A stretch of DNA of 32,000 nucleotides, taken from positions 1 through 32,000 of the forward strand of contig CAZPUN010000017.1 of the NCBI GenBank assembly GCA_964589775.1. The letters run 5' to 3'. The notes under the pieces are model-generated. The model worked only from the letters and a program-made list of their open reading frames with translations, did not search any database and had not been told where the DNA came from. The stretch's first letter is position 1, and each line of letters begins with the position of its first letter. Made by a program: the position numbers and the translations under genes. Positions 25,138 through 32,000 of this stretch are shown piece by piece. This DNA comes from an uncultured archaeon. GTDB taxonomy: Archaea; Asgardarchaeota; Thorarchaeia; Thorarchaeales; CAZPUN01.

Positions 25138-25632
25138 ATGTCATCAAAGAAAGTATCAGTAGATGTTCTTGTCGAAGGTGGCAAGGCATCGGGTGGTCCA
25201 CCAATAGGACCAGCCTTAGGACCAACAGGTGTAAATGTTTTTCAAGTAGTCACGAAAATCAACGAATTGACTAAAGATTTTGCTGGACTTAAAGTACCCG
25301 TAAAGATTACTGTAGATCCAGCAACTAAGCAATTTGAAGTTGAAGTAGGTACTCCACCCACTTCCGCGCTTATTCTAAAGGAGTTAGGTATTTCTAAGGG
25401 AAGTGGCGAAGCAGGCTCAAATATTGTAGGAAATATTACAATCGATCAAGTGATAACGATCGCAAAAGCAAAGAAGAATGATATGACTGCTCTAACATTA
25501 AAAGCAGCAGTTTTAACTGTTGTTGGAACATGCCGTAGTCTCGGTGTCACTGTTGATGGAATGGATCCCAAAGAAGTCACTGAGAAAATTAGAGCAGGCG
25601 AATATGACGATAAGCTCTCAGGCGAATTCTAG
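25138..25632 (+). CDS. rpl11: 50S ribosomal protein uL11
   Basis: [34 protein letters not shown]. Confidence 0.98.
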   Translation: MSSKKVSVDVLVEGGKASGGPPIGPALGPTGVNVFQVVTKINELTKDFAGLKVPVKITVDPATKQFEVEVGTPPTSALILKELGISKGSGEAGSNIVGNITIDQVITIAKAKKNDMTALTLKAAVLTVVGTCRSLGVTVDGMDPKEVTEKIRAGEYDDKLSGEF

Positions 25633-25647
25633 TGGAGTTGATAAACA

Positions 25648-26295
25648 ATGGAAATTACAAGAGATAAAGTTCTGGAAGCCGTAAAAAAGGCTCGCGAGAA
25701 TGCAACCAAGAGAAAGTTCAATCAATCTTTTGATTTATCAATAGCATTAAAAAATATAGATTTATCAAAGCCAGCAAATCGTATAAATACAGAAGTAGTA
25801 TTACCAAATCAGTTTAAGCCTGAGAACAAGATTTGTGTATTCGCATATGATGATATGGCAATCAAAGCAAAAGAAGCAAATGCCGACAGAATAATTGGTA
25901 AAGAAGAATTAGCACAATTTGCTGGGAATAAGAAAGAAGCTAAGAAATTAGCAAGAGCTTTTGACTTCTTCTTAGCACGTACGGATATGATGCCCCAAAT
26001 TGGTAAAATTTTAGGTCAAGCATTAGGTCCATTAGGAAAAATGCCAAAACCTGTACCTCCAGCAGTTGATATTAGACCAATTATTGAAAAATTTAGGAAA
26101 ACAGTACCAATCCGTATGAAGACAAATCCAGTTATAAATGTCAAAGTCGGCGATGAATCAATGACAGATGAACAAATCGCAGAAAACATTATGGCAGTAA
26201 TCAACTTTCTTGAAAACAAACTAGAAGGACTACAAAACATTAAGGGCATCACTCTAAAAACTACAATGGGCAAGCCTGTAAAAATAAAGGAGTGA
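25648..26295 (+). CDS. rpl1: 50S ribosomal protein uL1
   Basis: KRKFNQSFDL, LGQALGPLGKMP, KTTMG. Confidence 0.98.
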   Translation: MEITRDKVLEAVKKARENATKRKFNQSFDLSIALKNIDLSKPANRINTEVVLPNQFKPENKICVFAYDDMAIKAKEANADRIIGKEELAQFAGNKKEAKKLARAFDFFLARTDMMPQIGKILGQALGPLGKMPKPVPPAVDIRPIIEKFRKTVPIRMKTNPVINVKVGDESMTDEQIAENIMAVINFLENKLEGLQNIKGITLKTTMGKPVKIKE

Positions 26296-26302
26296 AAGAG
26301 TA

Positions 26303-27307
26303 ATGAGCACAGCACACACACATAAGATACCGGAATGGAAAATACAAGAAGTCGAGAATTTAGCCCAACTATTAAGCGACTACAATATTATCGGTCTGAT
26401 CAAAATAGAATCAATAGGTGCACGACAGCTCCAGTCAATACGCGATAAACTAAGAGGTAAAGCCGTTATTAAAATGGCTAGAAATAATCTGATGAAACTG
26501 GCTTTGAAAAAAGTCTCGAAGAAAAACATCGAAAAGCTTTCAGACTATATCAAAGGCCCAGTAGCATTTATTGTCACAAATGATAGCATTTTCAAATTAG
26601 TAAAATTCCTTAGAGAAAACAAGACATATGGACCCATAAAAGCTGGTCAAGTTGCAAATGCAGATATTTGGGTTCCGGAAGGAAATACAGGATTCCCTCC
26701 TGGTCCAATTATCACTGAACTTGCAGCATTAAAGATTCCAGCTAGAACAAAATCCGGTACTATTCATATTACTGAAGATACTTTGGTCGCGAAAAAAGGT
26801 GAAGTTGTATCGGGCGCACTTGCACAAATGCTGACAAGATTAGGTATTGAACCTCGTGAAATCGAACTTAAGATCATTGCAGCTTATGAAAATGGAGACA
26901 TTATCACAGAAGAAGCACTTAGTATAGATCTTGATGAGTTCATAGACTTATTGGGTCTTGCACACCAAGAAGCATTCAATTTGTCAGTATACATAGCATA
27001 TCCAACTAAAGAGAATATTCAAACACTATTATCCAAGGCGCACAGCGAAGCACGCAACTTAGCACTAAATGCAGGTATATTAACTCCAGAATTAATTGGA
27101 GACTTCTTAGCAAAAGCAAATTCAGAAGCTTATGCACTTGCAATAGTAATTGCACAAAAAGATCCTAACGCAATCCCCGAAGATGTTTTGGGAGCAATAA
27201 GCACTCAACCTGCTCAAACAACAACCGAAACAAAAGAAGAAAAAGAAGAAGAGCAGGAAGAGGAAGAAGATGAAGGCCCTGCAGGTCTTGCAGGATTATT
27301 CGGTTAA
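26303..27307 (+). CDS. rpl10: 50S ribosomal protein uL10 (P0)
   Basis: IPEWK, TGFPPGP, three stalk-binding helical repeats, acidic tail ending GLAGLFG. Confidence 0.98.
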   Translation: MSTAHTHKIPEWKIQEVENLAQLLSDYNIIGLIKIESIGARQLQSIRDKLRGKAVIKMARNNLMKLALKKVSKKNIEKLSDYIKGPVAFIVTNDSIFKLVKFLRENKTYGPIKAGQVANADIWVPEGNTGFPPGPIITELAALKIPARTKSGTIHITEDTLVAKKGEVVSGALAQMLTRLGIEPREIELKIIAAYENGDIITEEALSIDLDEFIDLLGLAHQEAFNLSVYIAYPTKENIQTLLSKAHSEARNLALNAGILTPELIGDFLAKANSEAYALAIVIAQKDPNAIPEDVLGAISTQPAQTTTETKEEKEEEQEEEEDEGPAGLAGLFG

Positions 27308-27330
27308 AAATAAAACTGGAGGAATAACAT

Positions 27331-27633
27331 ATGGAATATGTATATGCAGCACTCCTATTACATAAAGCAGGAAAAGAAATCAATGAAGCAAATGTTGAAG
27401 CTGTATTAAAAGCAGCTGGAATCGATGTAGACAGCGGTAGAGTAAAAGCACTTGTAGCAGCTTTAGAAGGCACTGATATTGAAGAAGCCATCAAAACTGC
27501 AGCCGTTTCAGTAGCTCCCGCAGCAGCTGCTGCAGCACCAGCTGAATCTGCAGCCTCAACAGAACCCGAAAAGAAAGAAGAAGAGGAAGAAGAAGATACC
27601 GAACCCGCGGGTCTTGGCGCTCTATTTGGTTAA
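27331..27633 (+). CDS. rpl12: 50S ribosomal stalk protein P1 (aL12)
   Basis: [11 protein letters not shown], Ala-rich hinge, acidic tail ending GLGALFG. Confidence 0.98.
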   Translation: MEYVYAALLLHKAGKEINEANVEAVLKAAGIDVDSGRVKALVAALEGTDIEEAIKTAAVSVAPAAAAAAPAESAASTEPEKKEEEEEEDTEPAGLGALFG

Positions 27634-27733
27634 ATATAGGGTGCCATCCCATCCTCTTCTTCCTAATATTGTAATTTTTTTTATTGGAAATATCGCAACC
27701 TTTAAGAGGATTTAGAACAGAAAACAAAACAAA

Positions 27734-27859
27734 GGGGCCGTCGCCTAGCTTGCTGAGGATTTGTTGGTCCCAGCCTAGAAAGGATAGGGCGCTGGCCTTC
27801 TAACCGATTATAGCGAAGAAAGTCAGTTGTCGGGAGTTCAAATCTCCCCGGCCCCGCCA
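27734..27859 (+). tRNA. tRNA-Arg(TCT) with two introns: 30 nt at 17/17a (27751-27780) and 18 nt at canonical 37/38 (27803-27820)
   Basis: GGGGCCG/CGGCCCC acceptor; GGGAG-TTCAAAT-CTCCC T-arm; CCA. Intron 1: CTAG-CTT-GCTG...CAGC-CTAG-AAA. Intron 2: CTTC-TAA...GAAG-AAA. Spliced anticodon arm CTGGC-CTTCTAA-GTCAG. Confidence 0.93.
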
Positions 27860-27967
27860 CAATAGCTTTGTTTTATAAATTTTAGCCAAATCTTAGCAAT
27901 TATAGGAATGCCTATAAGTATTTTAGACACCTACATAATTGATTAACCACATTCAGGTGGCATAACT

Positions 27968-30082
27968 GTGAAAGGCATAGATGTGCTCTTCTCGCCGAAA
28001 TCAATCGCCGTAATTGGTGCCAGTACAAATCCAAGCAAATTGGGACATGTCGTTTTAAAAAATATAATAACAAGTGGATATCCAGGTAAAATATACCCTG
28101 TGAATCCAAAAGCAGATGAAATATTAGGATATAAGGTATACAAGAGTATATCTGAAATTCCGGATCCTGTAGATTTAGCAGTAATTGTGATACCTGCAAA
28201 ATATGTAAATAGTGTTGTAGAGGAATGCGGAAAGAAAAAAGTACCAGCAATTATTGTTATAACAGCAGGATTTAAAGAAGTCGGACATGAAGGCTTAGAA
28301 CGAGAACTCAAATTAAAAGAATTATGTAAGAAGTATAATATTGCAGCTTTAGGCCCCAATTGCTTGGGCATGATAGATACAGCTACACCATATAATGCCA
28401 GTTTTGCAGACGGACATCCAAAGAAAGGAAATATTGCTTTCGCAAGCCAAAGTGGAGCAATGATGACAGGAATTTTAGATTGGTCATTAACTGAAGGCAT
28501 AGGTTTTTCAAAGTTTATCAGTTTAGGTAATAAAGCAGTATTAAATGAGACAGATTTTATTGAAGCTTTAGGAAATGATGAACATACACGTGTTATATTA
28601 ATGTATATTGAAGACATAGTAGAAGGTCGAAGATTTCTAAAAGTAGCAAAAGAAGTTACATTAAAGAAACCAGTAATTGTCATTAAATCAGGTGTTACAG
28701 CAGCGGGAGCTAAAGCTGCAACTTCACATACGGGTTCTCTCGCAGGTAGTGATGTCGCATACGAAACTGCATTTAAACAAACCGGTGTATTGAGAGCTGA
28801 AACAATTAACGAATTATTTGATCTTGCTATTGCATTTTCAACCCAACCAATACCAAAAGGAAATAAAGTAGCTATAATAACAAATGCAGGCGGTCCAGGA
28901 ATTGTTGCTACAGACGCTTGTGAAAAATCTGGATTACATATAGCAAAACTATCAGATGTAACTAAACAAACATTACGTGAACATCTACCACCTGCAGCTT
29001 CAGTGAATAATCCAGTTGATGTCTTGGGTACTGCGACAGCTAAAGATTATGCTATGGCGGCAGAAACTGTACTCAAGGATGAATCTGTTGATATGGTACT
29101 AGTAATATTAACACCACAAGCAGTTACTGAGCCAGTTGAAACTGCAAAATTATTATCTGAAATACACAAAAAATATCCCGAAAAACCAATATTTACTGCC
29201 TTTATGGGAGGAATTGGTGTTAAAGAATCTGACGAGATACTTACAGAAAATAAAATACCATGCTTTGATTTTCCAGAAAGAGCAATAAGTGGAATGGCTG
29301 CACTCTATGAATATAAGACAATAATTGAACGCACTAAAAAAGAAACATATCCCCAATTCATTGTTGATAAAGCTAAAGTTGAGAAGATAATACAAAAAGT
29401 AAGAGAAGACAACCGCGTAATTCTTTTGGGACACGAAGCCCATGAAATAACAAGAGCATACGGTATTGATACTGCAATAATAAAACTAGCTAGAACACCA
29501 GAAGAAGCTGTAAAAATCGCAAATGAACTAGGATACCCCGTTGTTATGAAAATTTCAAGCCCTCAAATCGTACATAAAAGTGATATTGGGGGTGTTGTAG
29601 TCGGCGTAAATTCAGATAAAGAAGTAGTAATGCACTTCGAAGAAATTATGAACAATGTTAAAACTAAAGTGCCCAATGCAAAAATCTACGGAATCGATAT
29701 TCAAAAAATGCTACCAAAAGGTCGTGAATTAATTGTTGGAATGAGTAAAGATCCTCAATTTGGTCCATTAATTATGTTTGGCTTAGGAGGAATTTATGTT
29801 AACTTTCTAAAGGATGTTTCATTTAGATTAGCGCCACTATCAAAGGAAGACGCTTACGAGATGATCAATGAAACAAAAGCAGGACTTCTACTAAAAGGCG
29901 TTAGAGGCGAAAAACCAGGGGATATTGATGCAACCGCAGAAACAATATTACGAATAAGTCAACTTGTATTAGACTTCCCAGAAATCGCAGAATTAGACAT
30001 CAATCCATTATTTGGCTATGATAAAGGAAGCGGTACAACTGCAGTAGATGTAAAGATTACATTAACAAAGCTAAAAGATTAA
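27968..30082 (+). CDS. Acetate/acyl-CoA ligase (ADP-forming), fused alpha+beta subunits
   Basis: IAVIGAS CoA-binding domain, GPNCLG, SQSGA, phospho-His SHTGSLAG, TNAGGPG, NNPVD, C-terminal ATP-grasp HKSDIGGV...ELDINP. Confidence 0.95.
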   Translation: MKGIDVLFSPKSIAVIGASTNPSKLGHVVLKNIITSGYPGKIYPVNPKADEILGYKVYKSISEIPDPVDLAVIVIPAKYVNSVVEECGKKKVPAIIVITAGFKEVGHEGLERELKLKELCKKYNIAALGPNCLGMIDTATPYNASFADGHPKKGNIAFASQSGAMMTGILDWSLTEGIGFSKFISLGNKAVLNETDFIEALGNDEHTRVILMYIEDIVEGRRFLKVAKEVTLKKPVIVIKSGVTAAGAKAATSHTGSLAGSDVAYETAFKQTGVLRAETINELFDLAIAFSTQPIPKGNKVAIITNAGGPGIVATDACEKSGLHIAKLSDVTKQTLREHLPPAASVNNPVDVLGTATAKDYAMAAETVLKDESVDMVLVILTPQAVTEPVETAKLLSEIHKKYPEKPIFTAFMGGIGVKESDEILTENKIPCFDFPERAISGMAALYEYKTIIERTKKETYPQFIVDKAKVEKIIQKVREDNRVILLGHEAHEITRAYGIDTAIIKLARTPEEAVKIANELGYPVVMKISSPQIVHKSDIGGVVVGVNSDKEVVMHFEEIMNNVKTKVPNAKIYGIDIQKMLPKGRELIVGMSKDPQFGPLIMFGLGGIYVNFLKDVSFRLAPLSKEDAYEMINETKAGLLLKGVRGEKPGDIDATAETILRISQLVLDFPEIAELDINPLFGYDKGSGTTAVDVKITLTKLKD

Positions 30083-30121
30083 AAAGCATCAAACTTATAT
30101 ATGTGTAATACATAATATGAT

Positions 30122-30231
30122 ATGAGTCTTTTACACCCGCATAAGACTCAAAGCGTGAGTAAAACCGTGTGCTAGGGGAGGATGGCCAGCCTTTTTTAAG
30201 GCCTGGCCGCCTCCATCTTAGTTTTCCTTTC
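30122..30231 (+). ncRNA. Candidate structured RNA or attenuator-like leader
   Basis: TATA-like CTTATATA at 30094-101; stem TGAGTCTT/AAGACTCA; strong hairpin 30177-30214 followed by a pyrimidine tract. Confidence 0.4.
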
Positions 30232-30278
30232 TCGTTTATGAAATATTTATGTATATTAAATTGAAAAGGGAATAAATT

Positions 30279-31232
30279 ATGCAGGCAGGGGATACGACAA
30301 TCAGCAAAATAAAAATAATAAAAGGGTGTCCTTGTTTTAAAAAAATAAATGATTTGAATGTCTGTATCTTGAATGATGTTGCACGCAAGATTTCAGTAAT
30401 GGAATTAGATCCTGCAATTATTGGAGATAACCCCGATATTGAAACATTAAAACAATTCAAAGCAAAAGATAATGATGAATGCTATCTTCTAACCTACCTA
30501 AATTATGAAGATAATCATGTATATTGTATATCAAAAGATACAAAACTCATTTTAAACAATCAAGAAATTCGAAGTAACGATGTTGAAGAAGCGCTATTTT
30601 TTGTTTCGCGAAGTGAATTAGAAAGTAATGAGATCTGTTCAACATGCTTATACAAATATATAATTACAATAAATCCACTATTTGAAAATAAATATAGCCG
30701 TGAAGAAAAAGCTGAGAAGATCAAGGAATACATAAAAAATATAACCGAAAGAATTATTGAAGCGCTAAGCAGCACTGAAGAAAAAATGTTCGCAGATTAT
30801 TCCTTAGGCAAACCAGTAATAGATGATGCAAACTATTTTACAGCACTAAATTTATACATAGAATCATTAATGAAGCATGAAAAGTACCTAGAGCACTTGT
30901 TAAAAACAACCCGATTTAGATATCGTAAAGAACGCCATCTTTTACAAAAAAGAATTGAATTGGTTAAATTAGAATACAAATTTTATTTTCAAACAAAAGT
31001 ATTAGAGAAATCAACAGATATTCAGACTACAGAAAAGATTCTTCAGATATTATTAGACACTGCAGATAAAATAATTGATGTAAATAAATCACTAATGGAA
31101 ATTATAAGTTATCTAAACACAAAGAAACGATTTGCAAAAAAGGAAATAAAAGAAATTGTTAAGAATTATCCAATAAAATCACTGGCAATTGAGCATAATT
31201 TTGGAAATCTACTAAAGATTCTAACATTTTAA
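30279..31232 (+). CDS. Hypothetical protein (Cys-containing N-terminal half, helical C-terminal half)
   Basis: 317-codon open frame; CPC and CxxC motifs; no family recognised. Confidence 0.7.
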   Translation: MQAGDTTISKIKIIKGCPCFKKINDLNVCILNDVARKISVMELDPAIIGDNPDIETLKQFKAKDNDECYLLTYLNYEDNHVYCISKDTKLILNNQEIRSNDVEEALFFVSRSELESNEICSTCLYKYIITINPLFENKYSREEKAEKIKEYIKNITERIIEALSSTEEKMFADYSLGKPVIDDANYFTALNLYIESLMKHEKYLEHLLKTTRFRYRKERHLLQKRIELVKLEYKFYFQTKVLEKSTDIQTTEKILQILLDTADKIIDVNKSLMEIISYLNTKKRFAKKEIKEIVKNYPIKSLAIEHNFGNLLKILTF

Positions 31233-32000
31233 CCATAGAACTCTTTTAGCCAACGTACATATTTTCGGATGCCATCTTCTGTAGAAACTTTAGATTCCCA
31301 ACCAAGATTCTTAAGCTTTGATAGGTCTGGTAATGTTATGGGTACATCACCCACCCAGCCACGGTCACCACCAGTATATCTGAATTTCACGTCTCCCAAA
31401 CTTAATTCATCAATTATGATTTTTGCAATTTCATTGACAGTTATTTGAGATTCACTACCAATATTAAACGGAATATAGCCTCCAGACACATGAGACGCCA
31501 CAAATAAACTCGCATCAATACAATCAGAAATGTACATGTAGGATTTATTCTGTAATCCATTACCTAGAATTTCTAATTCATGAGGATTCTTTTTTAACTT
31601 GAAGTAAAAATCGTATATGACACCATGATTGGAACGTGGACCAAAAATATTAGCATATCTTAGAGATACTGCAGTAAATCCATATGAGTTTGAAAAACTT
31701 GATAGGTACATTTCGATAGCTGCTTTTGCAGCACCATAATTACTAATAGGGCGTAATGGTTGATTTTCCGGAGTAGGTAACGGAGGCTTGTCACCATAAA
31801 TAGTTCCTCCTGAAGATGCAAAAACAATTTCACTAATATCATTCTTTCGCATTAGTTCTAAAATATTAATACTACCACGAACATTAATCTCAAAATCGTA
31901 AATTGGTTCCGCAATACTTTTCTTCACATCAGGTTGTGCGGCATAGTGAAAAACTAAATCAATATCACGCAGAGAACGCTTTACATCATCAATATTTCTA
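31229..32000 (-). CDS. NAD-dependent epimerase/dehydratase (UDP-glucose 4-epimerase-like), 5' end outside the window
   Basis: Frame stays open to the window edge (RNIDDVKRSLRDIDLVFHYAAQPDV...); ASSGG, YGAAK catalytic motif, LRYANIFGP, GWVGDV. Confidence 0.93.
   Translation of the reverse strand, partial: RNIDDVKRSLRDIDLVFHYAAQPDVKKSIAEPIYDFEINVRGSINILELMRKNDISEIVFASSGGTIYGDKPPLPTPENQPLRPISNYGAAKAAIEMYLSSFSNSYGFTAVSLRYANIFGPRSNHGVIYDFYFKLKKNPHELEILGNGLQNKSYMYISDCIDASLFVASHVSGGYIPFNIGSESQITVNEIAKIIIDELSLGDVKFRYTGGDRGWVGDVPITLPDLSKLKNLGWESKVSTEDGIRKYVRWLKEFYG

Noticed and set aside
25038-25274. 78-aa ORF overlapping the start of rpl11
   Set aside because: Out of frame with rpl11, no recognisable motif; better explained as leader sequence.
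27230-27633. GAA-rich repeats and shared C-terminal sequence in rpl10 and rpl12
   Set aside because: Normal acidic stalk tails ending GLxxLFG; not a repeat element.
27640-27650. GGTGCCATCCC after rpl12 is the exact reverse complement of 8034-8044
   Set aside because: An 11-nt match within 32 kb can occur by chance and does not extend.
27943-28683. Long antisense ORFs (also 23581-24084, 10241-10630, 22380-22733 and others)
   Set aside because: Shadows of well-conserved genes on the opposite strand, with no independent coding signal.
30173-30214. TAG followed by a hairpin as a possible pyrrolysine or selenocysteine recoding signal
   Set aside because: No substantial conserved reading frame spans the stop, and no gene in the window appears interrupted by an in-frame stop.
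1-32000. CRISPR arrays, transposases, rRNA genes, inteins
   Set aside because: No regularly spaced direct repeats or mobile-element motifs were seen, and the conserved proteins show no large insertions.

Overview
AT-rich archaeal chromosomal segment made up almost entirely of information-processing housekeeping genes. Left part: pth2 (partial), rpo4, rpl21e and pus10 on the minus strand; then DUF4392, a geranylgeranyl reductase, DUF655, rsmA/ksgA, a HemK-type methyltransferase and an FKBP; then psmB-aCPSF1, PUA-sepF and lsm-rpl37e. Right part: nep1, then a long plus-strand run rnp4-yhbY-rps19e-PDCD5-rpl39e-rpl31e-eif6-pfdA-ftsY-argF-pfkB-ftsZ-secE-spt5-rpl11-rpl1-rpl10-rpl12, followed by a fused ADP-forming acyl-CoA synthetase and a partial sugar epimerase. 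A longin-like protein together with FtsZ1/SepF and non-canonical tRNA introns suggests an Asgard archaeon (inference; other TACK-related lineages are not excluded). Three genes missed by the ORF track were found by hand: rpl39e, secE and the 5' end of pth2. There are six tRNA genes. Four carry bulge-helix-bulge introns at non-canonical positions (59/60, 22/23, and 17/17a twice), tRNA-Arg(UCU) has two introns, and two pairs of introns resemble each other in sequence. The best candidate for an undescribed system is the accessory island at about 7.9-9.35 kb. It contains a GC-rich structured element overlapping a 13-aa proline-rich micro-ORF, then a longin-like protein and a flavodoxin-less FprA/ODP-like metallo-beta-lactamase protein ending in a MinD-like amphipathic tail. 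Other points of interest are an apparent inversion splitting the conserved pus10-rpl21e-rpo4-DUF655-ksgA cluster, absence of rpl18a(LX) from its usual slot, an attenuator-like RNA at 30.1-30.2 kb, and phased AATATT boxes next to a small wHTH gene. No CRISPR array, integrase or transposase was seen. All family calls come from motif recognition by eye, not database searches.
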